Shown here: positions 49,143 to 57,181 of the stretch, one piece after another | Position numbering within the stretch: the stretch's first letter is position 1 | Layout of the letters: each line of letters opens with the position of its first letter | Origin: Polyangiaceae bacterium | Lineage (GTDB): Bacteria > Myxococcota_A > Polyangia > Polyangiales > Polyangiaceae | NCBI GenBank assembly: GCA_036490515.1 | Contig: DASXDU010000039.1 | Coordinates: 4,140-68,139, forward strand | DNA length: 64,000 nt | Direction of reading: 5' to 3' | Notes under the pieces: model-generated | The model's input: the letters and a program-made list of their open reading frames with translations, nothing else | Databases searched by the model: none | What the model was told of the DNA's origin: nothing | Program-made: the position numbers and the translations under genes

Positions 49143-50792
49143 TCAGAAGCCGTAGGCGAGGCCCGCCTCCGGACCGAAGGACGGGACGAAGCCGTTCGAC
49201 CCGAAGGACCCGTTGGCGCGCACCGTCAGCGTCCCGCCGAAGCGCTCGGAGAACGCCACGTGGATGCCCCCGCCGATCATCAGGAAGAAGGGCCCGTTCA
49301 TCTGCCAGAGCTGGACGGTCCCGTTCTGCGCGTTGACCTGCCCGCCGTTGAGCGTCACGCCGGAGTCGGTGTGGGTGTCGAACGACGCCAGGCCCAGGCC
49401 CGCGTAGAGCATCGGCGCGACCGTCTTGGTGATCGCCTGGTCGCCGAAGAGGTACGAGAAGCGCGCGTCGACGTAGAGGCGACCGTTCGCGGCGCTCCAT
49501 GCTCTGCCGTCGGTGTAGGCGGCCTGCCCGGGATACTTGAACGTCGTCAGGCCGAGGCGCGCCCCGAGCAGCATGTTGGCGCTGAGCGCGTAGTCGAAGG
49601 ACAGCATCAGCCGGATGTCGCCGCGGTCGACCCCGCCGTTGGAGCTACCCGCGCTGCCGGGGCTGAGGGCGGCGTTCTGGTTGGGGTTCGAGCGCGTCGG
49701 AAAGTCCGTGCCGTCCTGGTTGGTGCAGTAGACGTTGGCGCTGTTCGCCGGGAGCGCGGTCGTCGGGTCGAGGTGGCAGAGGTCCTTGCCGGCGGGCATC
49801 GACTGGAACTCGAGAGCGCCCGCGATGCCGATCCACACCTTGCGGTACGGCCCCTTCGGCCCCTTGTCCGAGTCGTCGTCGCTCTTGTCGCCGTTGTCGT
49901 CGCCCTCGTCGCCCGCGGCTTCGCCGCTCTTCGAGCACCCCGGGAAGTCGGGGGGGCAGTCGCTCGACTCGTGGCAGGACTTCGGCGCGGCCTTGCCCGG
50001 CAGGTGCGGCGCGTCGCCGGAGATGTCGTCCTTGATGGGCACCGTGTACGGGTGGCGCGCGTCGCCGTTGCTCGCGACCGCCTCCTTCGAGTCGTCGAAC
50101 CCCTGGACGTAGTACCGCATCGTCCCGCTGTGGACGTCGCCGCAGGGGATGAGGCCACCCCACCCGTCGCCCATCTTCTTCAGGTCGATGCGCTTCCAGG
50201 ACGTCTGCCCTGCGCCCTTGTACTTCAGGACGACGCGTACGAGGTTGTCCCCGCCCCCCTCGACGTAGACGGGCAGCGGCGTGTCGGTCTTCTGCTCGCC
50301 AGCCGGCGTGTGATTGAAGTCGCCGGCGGGCTGCTCGGCGTTGTCCCCGCCGCCGCCGCCACCCCCCCCGCCTCCACCCGCTGCCCCGCCGCCGCCGCCG
50401 GCCCCGTTCGCCGCAGCCTGGAACGCCTTGCGAATGTCGGGCGCGTCGTAGGCCGGGTTGAGCGTGATGTCCCCCTGGAGCTGCACGGCCGCGGCCCAGT
50501 TGCGCCCGGCCTGGTCCTTGTCGCCCTTGCGGAACTGCATCGTCCCGAGGTCGCGGAACAGCGCGGCGCGGATCGAGGCGCTGCACCGGTTCGTCCCGCA
50601 GGCCTTCATGGCCTTCTCGATGCGCGTGGCGCCCGTGCCGTAGTTCATCGCCAGGTAGTCGCCCTCGGCCTTCTTCAGGGCAGCCTTGGCGGCTCCCTCC
50701 GTACGTGGGCTCGCCAGGACGGGGCGGGCGAACGTGGTGGCCAGGAGCGCGAGAAGGAGGGTGAGGAGAGCAGCGCGCACGGGCCGCTTCAT
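49143..50792 (-). CDS. Secreted protein: TPR-like N-domain, poly-Gly tract, beta-sandwich-like domain and C-terminal OM beta-barrel
   Basis: Distal 549 codons of track ORF 49143..53417(-), ATG 50792 (MKRPVRAALLTLLLALLATTFARPVLA). C-terminal alternating strands end ...EAGLAYGF (terminal Phe, the OMP signature). Confidence 0.7.
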   Translation of the reverse strand: MKRPVRAALLTLLLALLATTFARPVLASPRTEGAAKAALKKAEGDYLAMNYGTGATRIEKAMKACGTNRCSASIRAALFRDLGTMQFRKGDKDQAGRNWAAAVQLQGDITLNPAYDAPDIRKAFQAAANGAGGGGGAAGGGGGGGGGGGDNAEQPAGDFNHTPAGEQKTDTPLPVYVEGGGDNLVRVVLKYKGAGQTSWKRIDLKKMGDGWGGLIPCGDVHSGTMRYYVQGFDDSKEAVASNGDARHPYTVPIKDDISGDAPHLPGKAAPKSCHESSDCPPDFPGCSKSGEAAGDEGDDNGDKSDDDSDKGPKGPYRKVWIGIAGALEFQSMPAGKDLCHLDPTTALPANSANVYCTNQDGTDFPTRSNPNQNAALSPGSAGSSNGGVDRGDIRLMLSFDYALSANMLLGARLGLTTFKYPGQAAYTDGRAWSAANGRLYVDARFSYLFGDQAITKTVAPMLYAGLGLASFDTHTDSGVTLNGGQVNAQNGTVQLWQMNGPFFLMIGGGIHVAFSERFGGTLTVRANGSFGSNGFVPSFGPEAGLAYGF

Positions 50793-50888
50793 ACACCGGT
50801 CCCACGCCGGCGGGATCAACCTCTTCACGGGGCGGATTTTTCCAAGTTTCTCCGCGGAGTCGGAGGTTTGTAGAATCCCGCACGACCC

Positions 50889-51386
50889 ATGACCTCCGGC
50901 CTCCCTGCCTCGCCCGGGCGCGACGACGCCACCGGCCCCGCCCTCACGCTCGCCCCGCGGTACATCGGGCTCACGCTGGGGCTCGTCGTCGCCGCCTTCC
51001 TCGCGCTGGTCGCCTACTGGGCGATCTGGTTCTTCGTCAACCGCGCCTGGCTGGCGAGCCTCGACACGCCCTCGTACTACGTCTTCGAGAACGCGTTTCC
51101 GGCGGCCGACGCCTGGCTCGCCCTCGCGTGCGCCCTCGGCGGCTGGGCGCTCTACCGGCGCCGCTCCAGCGCGCTCTTCTGGCTGCTCGCCGGCGGGAGC
51201 GCGAGCATCTACCTCGGCCTGATGGACGTGCTCTTCGACCTGGAGAACCGCGTCTACCTCGCGCCGCACGGGGAGTGGGGTTCGGTCGCGACCGAGATCG
51301 CCATCAACGTCTACTCGCTGGGCGTCGGGGCGTGGGCTCTCTCCTTCGGGTGGCGCAACCGGCGGTGGTTTCTCACGAGACCGTGA
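50889..51386 (+). CDS. Integral membrane protein (4 TM)
   Basis: 165-aa ORF with four hydrophobic helices. No family recognised. Confidence 0.6.
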   Translation: MTSGLPASPGRDDATGPALTLAPRYIGLTLGLVVAAFLALVAYWAIWFFVNRAWLASLDTPSYYVFENAFPAADAWLALACALGGWALYRRRSSALFWLLAGGSASIYLGLMDVLFDLENRVYLAPHGEWGSVATEIAINVYSLGVGAWALSFGWRNRRWFLTRP

Positions 51387-51536
51387 GCCCTCAGCCCGAG
51401 GGGGGCGCAGCCCACGCGGTGAGGACGCGCGGTTGCGGCGCCCCTCCATCAGGCATCTCGGGGCATCTGCCTCCACACGGCGAATCGCGCGCGGGATCGC
51501 CCATGGTCTGATTCGTGCGGTGGGCCCTCCGCATCG

Positions 51537-53345
51537 ATGCAAGCGCCGGCCGTCGATTCGTCGCGTCCCCGTGAGATTGGCAAGTACCACCTCGTCGCCG
51601 AGCTGGCGCGCGGAGGCATGGGGATCGTGCACCTCGCCTCGGCGCAAGGGCCGGGAGGGTTCAGCAAGCTGCTCGTCGTGAAGGAGCTCAAGCCGGAGCT
51701 CGCGCACGACGACAGCTACGTGTCGATGTTCCTCGACGAGGCTCGCCTCGCCGCGCGTCTCGGCCATCCGAACATCGTGCAGACCATCGAGGTCGGCTCG
51801 GAGGGGAGCCGCCACTACATGGTCATGGAGTTCCTCGACGGCCGCTCGCTGCACCGGGTCGCCCGGCGCTTCCGCGAGCAGGGCGGCCTCCCCGTCGGCG
51901 CCCACCTGCGCGTCGTCGCCGAGATGCTCCTCGGGCTGCACCATGCCCACGAGCTCGCCGACTTCGACGGCCGGCCGCTCGGGATCGTCCACCGCGACGT
52001 GAGCCCGCTCAACGTGTTCGTCACCTTCGACGGCCAGACCAAGGTCCTCGACTTCGGCATCGCCAAGTCGGCGGATTCGTCGCTCGAGACCAAGACGGGC
52101 GTCCTCAAGGGCCGCGTCGCGTACATGGCGCCCGAGCAGGCCTGGGGGCAGGGCGTCGACCGCCGGGCCGACGTCTACTCCGCCGGCGTCATGATCTGGG
52201 AGGCCGCGGCGGGGCGCCGCCTCTGGCCCGGCATGAACGACGTGGAGATCCTCGCGCGCCTGCTGCGCGAGGGGCCGCCGCGCCTCTGCAGCGTGAACCC
52301 CGACGCCCCCGAAGACCTCGAGGCCATCTGCGCGCGCGCGATGGAGAAGCGACCGGAGGACCGCTACGGCAGCGCCATCGAGCTGCTCGAGGACCTCGAC
52401 GCGCACATCGCCTCGCGTGACGACGCGATGTCCATCCGCGAGGTCGGCGCGATGGTGGGCCGCGCGTTCGCCGAGGAGCGCCGGCGCATGAGCGCCCTCA
52501 TCGAGGAGACGCTCCTGCGCGTCCGGAGCGGTCCGCGCTCGGGCGTGATGCCGACGTTCGAGGTGCACGTACGCGGGACCCCGAGCGGCGCCTCGGGCGT
52601 CCGCGACGAAGCAAGCCAGGTCACCGGGCAGCTCACGGGCCCGACGTCGAGCCAGAGCCGGCTGTCGGCGTCGCGCATGGGGATGACGCCGCCGCTCGAG
52701 TCCTTCCTCAGCGCTCCGCCGTCGCCCACCGCGGCGAGCCTCACGCCCGCGTACGCAACCCCCGAGCCTCCGTGGTGGGCCTCCCGCCGCGCGGCCTTCG
52801 GCGCGGCAGGCGCGGGCGCGCTCCTCCTGGCGGGCGTCGTGGCGCTCCTCGCGAGCGGGCGCGATCCCGAGCCCTCGACCTCGACGCGCGCGGCGGTGGC
52901 CGCCGCCGCGATGCTGCCCGAGCGCGACACGCCGGAGCTCGTCGACGTCGTCGTCCGCGTCACCCCGTCGAACGCGCTGGCCACCATCGACGGCGCGTCG
53001 ATCCCGCTCCTTCCCTTCCACGCGCGCTACGCGAAGGACTCGCTCGTCCACCACGTCACGGCCACGGCCGACGGCTACGAGCCACGCACCGTGGACGTCA
53101 CGTTCGTCAACGACACCTCCGTGGACATCAGCCTCGAGAAGCGCGCCGCGGCGCCCACCATCCGGTACCTCGCCGCGCCGTCCGGACCTTCCCACGCGAG
53201 CAAGCACGCGTCGTCCTCGTCCTCGCCGACCGCGCCGCCCAGCGATCCTTCGCCCGCGGCCCCGTCGCGCGTCGAGGTCGCCCCCGGCGGCGGCCACGCA
53301 CCGCTGCGCCCCATCTCCACCAGCAACCCGTACGGGAACCAATGA
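51537..53345 (+). CDS. Ser/Thr protein kinase with TM segment and PEGA-like C-terminal domain
   Basis: 602-aa ORF. ARGGMGIV, LVVKEL, HRDVSPLN, VLDFG, YMAPEQ. TM segment AAFGAAGAGALLLAGVVALL. C-terminal VVVRVTPSNALATIDG. Confidence 0.92.
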   Translation: MQAPAVDSSRPREIGKYHLVAELARGGMGIVHLASAQGPGGFSKLLVVKELKPELAHDDSYVSMFLDEARLAARLGHPNIVQTIEVGSEGSRHYMVMEFLDGRSLHRVARRFREQGGLPVGAHLRVVAEMLLGLHHAHELADFDGRPLGIVHRDVSPLNVFVTFDGQTKVLDFGIAKSADSSLETKTGVLKGRVAYMAPEQAWGQGVDRRADVYSAGVMIWEAAAGRRLWPGMNDVEILARLLREGPPRLCSVNPDAPEDLEAICARAMEKRPEDRYGSAIELLEDLDAHIASRDDAMSIREVGAMVGRAFAEERRRMSALIEETLLRVRSGPRSGVMPTFEVHVRGTPSGASGVRDEASQVTGQLTGPTSSQSRLSASRMGMTPPLESFLSAPPSPTAASLTPAYATPEPPWWASRRAAFGAAGAGALLLAGVVALLASGRDPEPSTSTRAAVAAAAMLPERDTPELVDVVVRVTPSNALATIDGASIPLLPFHARYAKDSLVHHVTATADGYEPRTVDVTFVNDTSVDISLEKRAAAPTIRYLAAPSGPSHASKHASSSSSPTAPPSDPSPAAPSRVEVAPGGGHAPLRPISTSNPYGNQ

Positions 53346-54301
53346 GAAGGATCCTCCTCGTCCTCGCCGTCGTGCTGCTTCTCCTCGCGTCGCGCACCGC
53401 CCGCGCCGACGATCCACGCCAGGCGTCCAAGCACTTCCAGCGCGGCGTGGCGCTCTACGGCGAGGCCGACTATCGCAGCGCGCTCGTCGAGTTCAAGCGC
53501 GCCTACGCGCTCGCCCCCAACCCCGCCGTCCTCTACAACGTCGGCGAGACGCAGTACCAGCTCCAGGACTACGCGGGCGCGCTCACGACGTTCGAGCACT
53601 TCCTGGCCGAGGCGTCGACGGGCGACGCCCACCGCGGCGAGATCGAGAGCAGCCTCGAGGTGCTCCGCTCGCGCGTCGGCCACCTCTCGGTCACGACCGT
53701 CCCGCCCGGCGCCGACGTCGCCGTCGACGATCAGCCCGCGGGCAAGACGCCGCTCGACCGCGCCCTCCTCGTGAGCATCGGCCACCGCAAGGTGGTCGCC
53801 ACGATGGCGGGGCGCCCCGCCGTCACCCGCTGGGTCGACGTCGCGGCCGACGACAACGTCGCCCTCACCCTCCAGCTGCCCGATCCGCCCGAGGCCGCCG
53901 CGCCCGCCCCCGAGCGCCTCGAGCTCCCCGCGCACGCGCTCGACACACCCCCTCCGTCGCACGGCAGCTCGACGCTCCGCGCCCTCGGCTGGACGACCAC
54001 GGGCGTGCTCGCGGCCGGCGCGGTGACCTTCGGGGTCCTCGCGCTGAAGTCGTCGCACGACCTCGAGGCCGCCCGCAGCGCGTTCCCCGCGTCGTCGGAG
54101 ACGCTGAGCCACGACGCGTCCCTCACGACCACCTTCTCGGTGGTGGCCGACGCGCTCACCGCGGGGGCGGTCGTCGTCGGGGGCACGACCCTGCTCTCGA
54201 CGCTCCTCTCGCGCCCGTCCACCGCGCCGACACGCGGCAGCAACCCGTCGCCGCAGGTCGTACTCGGCGCCGCGTCGGCGCGCCTCGTCGTCCCCTTCTG
54301 A
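53342..54301 (+). CDS. Secreted TPR + PEGA domain protein with C-terminal TM segments
   Basis: Distal part of track ORF 52772..54301(+). ATG 53342 overlaps the kinase stop (ATGA). Signal peptide MRRILLVLAVVLLLLASRTARA. TPR segments: HFQRGVALYGEADYRSALVEFKRAY. PEGA segment: LSVTTVPPGADVAVDDQPAGKTP. Confidence 0.8.
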   Translation: MRRILLVLAVVLLLLASRTARADDPRQASKHFQRGVALYGEADYRSALVEFKRAYALAPNPAVLYNVGETQYQLQDYAGALTTFEHFLAEASTGDAHRGEIESSLEVLRSRVGHLSVTTVPPGADVAVDDQPAGKTPLDRALLVSIGHRKVVATMAGRPAVTRWVDVAADDNVALTLQLPDPPEAAAPAPERLELPAHALDTPPPSHGSSTLRALGWTTTGVLAAGAVTFGVLALKSSHDLEAARSAFPASSETLSHDASLTTTFSVVADALTAGAVVVGGTTLLSTLLSRPSTAPTRGSNPSPQVVLGAASARLVVPF

Positions 54302-54323
54302 TCCCGCCTTCGAACTTCGAACC

Positions 54324-55874
54324 ATGGAGAGACCAGCGATGCGATTCCCGGGCTTCGCCGCCTTGGCCGCCGTGGGGCTCGTCGTCACGAGCGCCGCGTG
54401 CACCGTCTTGCTCGATCACGACGCCACGCAGTGCCACGCCGACTCCGACTGCGCGCACTTCGGCGAGCACCCGTTCTGCCAGGCCGGCGTCTGCGTGTCG
54501 TCCGGCCTCGGCCCCGAGGGCTGCTTCTACGGGACGCCCTCGCAGCCGCAGGACTTCCTCAACCAGTGCAGCACGGCGCAGTGCCTCAGCTTCGACAACT
54601 GCACGCGCATCGGCCTCTGCGGCGACGCGGGGGACGAGGACGGCGGGCTCGTCTCGCCGCCTCCGCCGTTCGACGCGGGCTCGACCCCCGCGACGAGCGA
54701 CGCGGGCGACGGCGGCGCCGCGCTCCCGTCGTGCGCCGACCCCACCAACGGCCGCGGCCAGGTCCTCTACGTCACCGGCTCGAGCAACTTCCCGCCCACC
54801 CTCGGCAAGCTCGCGCCGCTCATCCTCGCGACGGGGTTCACGCCCGTCTACCAGGTCACGAGCTCGTGCGCGGGCGTGAAGGCCGCCTTCGGCTCCGGCA
54901 CCGACACGATGATCGTCGACCCGACCCCCGGGCCGAGCGCGAAGTACGCCGCGTACTACACCTCGGACGGCGCCTCGCACTCGTGCCTCCTCGGCCCGTC
55001 GGGTGCGACCGTCGACGTCGGCGAGTCGGACATCTTCTCGACGACCTGCGATCCGTCGTACGTCCCCGGCGACTCGGTCGGCGAGTTCCTCGGGCCCATC
55101 CAGGCCATGGCGATCGTCGTCCCCGGCAAGTCGCAGGAGACCGCCATCACGGCCGCGGCCGCGCGCGACGTGTTCGGCACCGGAGGCCAGGGCGCCACGC
55201 CGTGGACCGACCCCACGCTCTACTTCGTCCGCAACGCCAACACCGGCACGCAGCAGGAGATCGGCCACGCCATCGACGTCCCCGCCGGCTCGTTCTGGGG
55301 CATCGACCGCGGCACGGCGGCCAACGTCGACTCGCTGATGAAGGTCATCACCGATCCGAACGTCGCCGAGCAGGCCATCGGCATCATCTCGGTCGACTAC
55401 TACGACGACGATCGCGACAACCTGCGCGCGCTCGCATTCGAGGCGGAGGGCCAGTCCTGCGCGTACCTCCCCGACTCGACGCCCTACAAGAAGGACAAGC
55501 GCAACGTACGCGACGGGCACTACCCCATCTGGGGCCCGCTCCACTTCTTCGCCGCCGTCAGCGACGGCATCCCCGTCTCGCCGGGCGCGCAGGCCTTCGC
55601 GTCGGTCGTCTCGGTCCCGAACATCCCCCAGTCGCTGCTCGACGCGTTCATCGGCGCGAGCCTCGTCCCGTCGTGCGCGATGACCGTGCAGCGAAGCAGC
55701 GAGCTCGGGGCCCTCTCGACGTACTCCGCGCCGTTCCAGTGCGGTTGCTACTTCGAGGCGAGCCCCGACGTGAACGGCGCCGCACCGCCCGGCTGCACGC
55801 AGTGCAACACGGCCAACGACTGCACCGACCCTGCGAGACCCGCCTGCAACCTCGGGTACTGCGAAGTCCAGTAG
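54324..55874 (+). CDS. Lipoprotein with periplasmic substrate-binding (PstS/PBP2-like) core flanked by Cys-rich modules
   Basis: 516-aa ORF with lipobox VTSAAC. Core VLYVTGSSNFPP..TSSCAGV..GESDI..IVVP..NTGTQQ resembles a type-2 PBP. The N- and C-terminal modules are CxxDxDC-type Cys repeats. Confidence 0.6.
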   Translation: MERPAMRFPGFAALAAVGLVVTSAACTVLLDHDATQCHADSDCAHFGEHPFCQAGVCVSSGLGPEGCFYGTPSQPQDFLNQCSTAQCLSFDNCTRIGLCGDAGDEDGGLVSPPPPFDAGSTPATSDAGDGGAALPSCADPTNGRGQVLYVTGSSNFPPTLGKLAPLILATGFTPVYQVTSSCAGVKAAFGSGTDTMIVDPTPGPSAKYAAYYTSDGASHSCLLGPSGATVDVGESDIFSTTCDPSYVPGDSVGEFLGPIQAMAIVVPGKSQETAITAAAARDVFGTGGQGATPWTDPTLYFVRNANTGTQQEIGHAIDVPAGSFWGIDRGTAANVDSLMKVITDPNVAEQAIGIISVDYYDDDRDNLRALAFEAEGQSCAYLPDSTPYKKDKRNVRDGHYPIWGPLHFFAAVSDGIPVSPGAQAFASVVSVPNIPQSLLDAFIGASLVPSCAMTVQRSSELGALSTYSAPFQCGCYFEASPDVNGAAPPGCTQCNTANDCTDPARPACNLGYCEVQ

Positions 55875-55875
55875 C

Positions 55876-56033
55876 GAGAGTGGAGAAACAGGAAGATCAG
55901 AAGGTGGTTCGGGACTGGCCTCGGGGGGGCGTCGGGGCCACGCAGGGCGACGGACCCGGTCGCAGCCCCGCCGCCCCGGCCGCACCCCTCAACCCCCTCT
56001 TCTGATCTTCTGATCTTCCTGTTTCCCCCTCTC
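55876..56033. repeat. Inverted-repeat element: about 27-nt arms flanking a 100-nt GC-rich spacer (MITE-like or regulatory palindrome)
   Basis: The left arm is gagagtggagaaacaggaagatcagaag (55876-55903). The reverse complement of 56007-56033 is gagagggggaaacaggaagatcagaag. Confidence 0.8.
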
Positions 56034-56069
56034 CGCTTTTTCACCGTGTTTTCCAAGGAGGAGGCATCC

Positions 56070-57035
56070 ATGACGAGCTATGCGAATCCCACGGCCGATC
56101 GTCTGCGTGAGCTGCTCGCGTCGCCGCGCGGCATCGAGCTGCCCGGCTGCTACGACGCGCTCAGCGCGATGATCCTCGAGCGCGCGGGGTTCCCCGCCGT
56201 CTTCATGAGCGGGTACGGCATCGCGGCGAGCATGCTGGGGAGCCCGGACATCGGCCTCACGAGCCTCGTCGAGACGGCGCTCATGGTGAAGAACATCACC
56301 GGCGCCATCCACGTGCCGCTCGTCGTCGACGCCGACAACGGCTACGGCGACGAGGACAGCGTCGTGCGCACGGTCTACGAGCTCGAGCGCGCGGGCGCCG
56401 CCGCGATGATCCTCGAGGACCAGGTCTTCCCCAAGCGCTGCGGCCACGCGGCGGGCAAGGCGGTCATCCCGCTCGACAAGTACATGCGCAAGCTCGACTG
56501 CGCGCTCGAGGCGCGCCAGACGTCGATGGTGGTCGTCGCCCGCACCGACGCGACGGACATGAACGAGGGCATCGCCCGCGCGAAGAAGTTCCACGCCGCC
56601 GGCGCGGACGTGACGCTCGTCGACGGCCTCCCCTCGATCGACGCGCTCCGGCGCGTGGGCGAGGAGGTCCCCGGGCACAAGGTGATCAACCTGATTCACG
56701 GCGGCAAGACGCCGCTCCTGCCGAGCGACCAGCTCCACGAGCTCGGCTTCACGATCGTCCTCTACTCGACGCCAGCGCTCTACACCGCCGCGCGCACGAT
56801 GATGGACCTCATGGCGCGCCTCGCCGAGACACGCGAGCTCTCGTGCATCTCGGACGACAGCATGACGTTTCGCGACTTCCAGGGCTTCGTCGAGAGCCAG
56901 TACTTCCAGCGAACCGGCGCCGGAGGCCTCGCGAGGGTCGCCGCAGGAGCGGCCCCCGTGAGCCACGCGAGCTACACGAGGCTCCACGCGGTCCGGTTCG
57001 AGGGGGAGGAGAGAAAGACGGGATCGGGGAGGTAG
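56070..57035 (+). CDS. Isocitrate lyase/PEP mutase superfamily enzyme (methylisocitrate lyase / carboxy-PEP mutase / oxaloacetate decarboxylase type)
   Basis: Track ORF 56046..57035(+). ATG 56070 follows AAGGAGGAGG. LPGCYDALSA, VVDADNGYG, ILEDQVFPKRCGH, VVARTDA. Confidence 0.88.
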   Translation: MTSYANPTADRLRELLASPRGIELPGCYDALSAMILERAGFPAVFMSGYGIAASMLGSPDIGLTSLVETALMVKNITGAIHVPLVVDADNGYGDEDSVVRTVYELERAGAAAMILEDQVFPKRCGHAAGKAVIPLDKYMRKLDCALEARQTSMVVVARTDATDMNEGIARAKKFHAAGADVTLVDGLPSIDALRRVGEEVPGHKVINLIHGGKTPLLPSDQLHELGFTIVLYSTPALYTAARTMMDLMARLAETRELSCISDDSMTFRDFQGFVESQYFQRTGAGGLARVAAGAAPVSHASYTRLHAVRFEGEERKTGSGR

Positions 57036-57039
57036 GGGG

Positions 57040-57161
<122 letters not shown>

Positions 57162-57181
57162 ACTACGGGCGCGAGCGCGGA

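Noticed and set aside
42048-50792. A complete type VI secretion locus
   Set aside because: Only spike-tip accessory families are present. No TssB/C sheath, Hcp, VgrG, baseplate or membrane-complex genes occur anywhere in the window.
50793-53417. Upstream 875 codons of the 1424-aa ORF 49143..53417(-)
   Set aside because: This part is antisense to the membrane protein and kinase genes and is Arg/Gly-rich. The genuine gene begins at ATG 50792 with a signal peptide.
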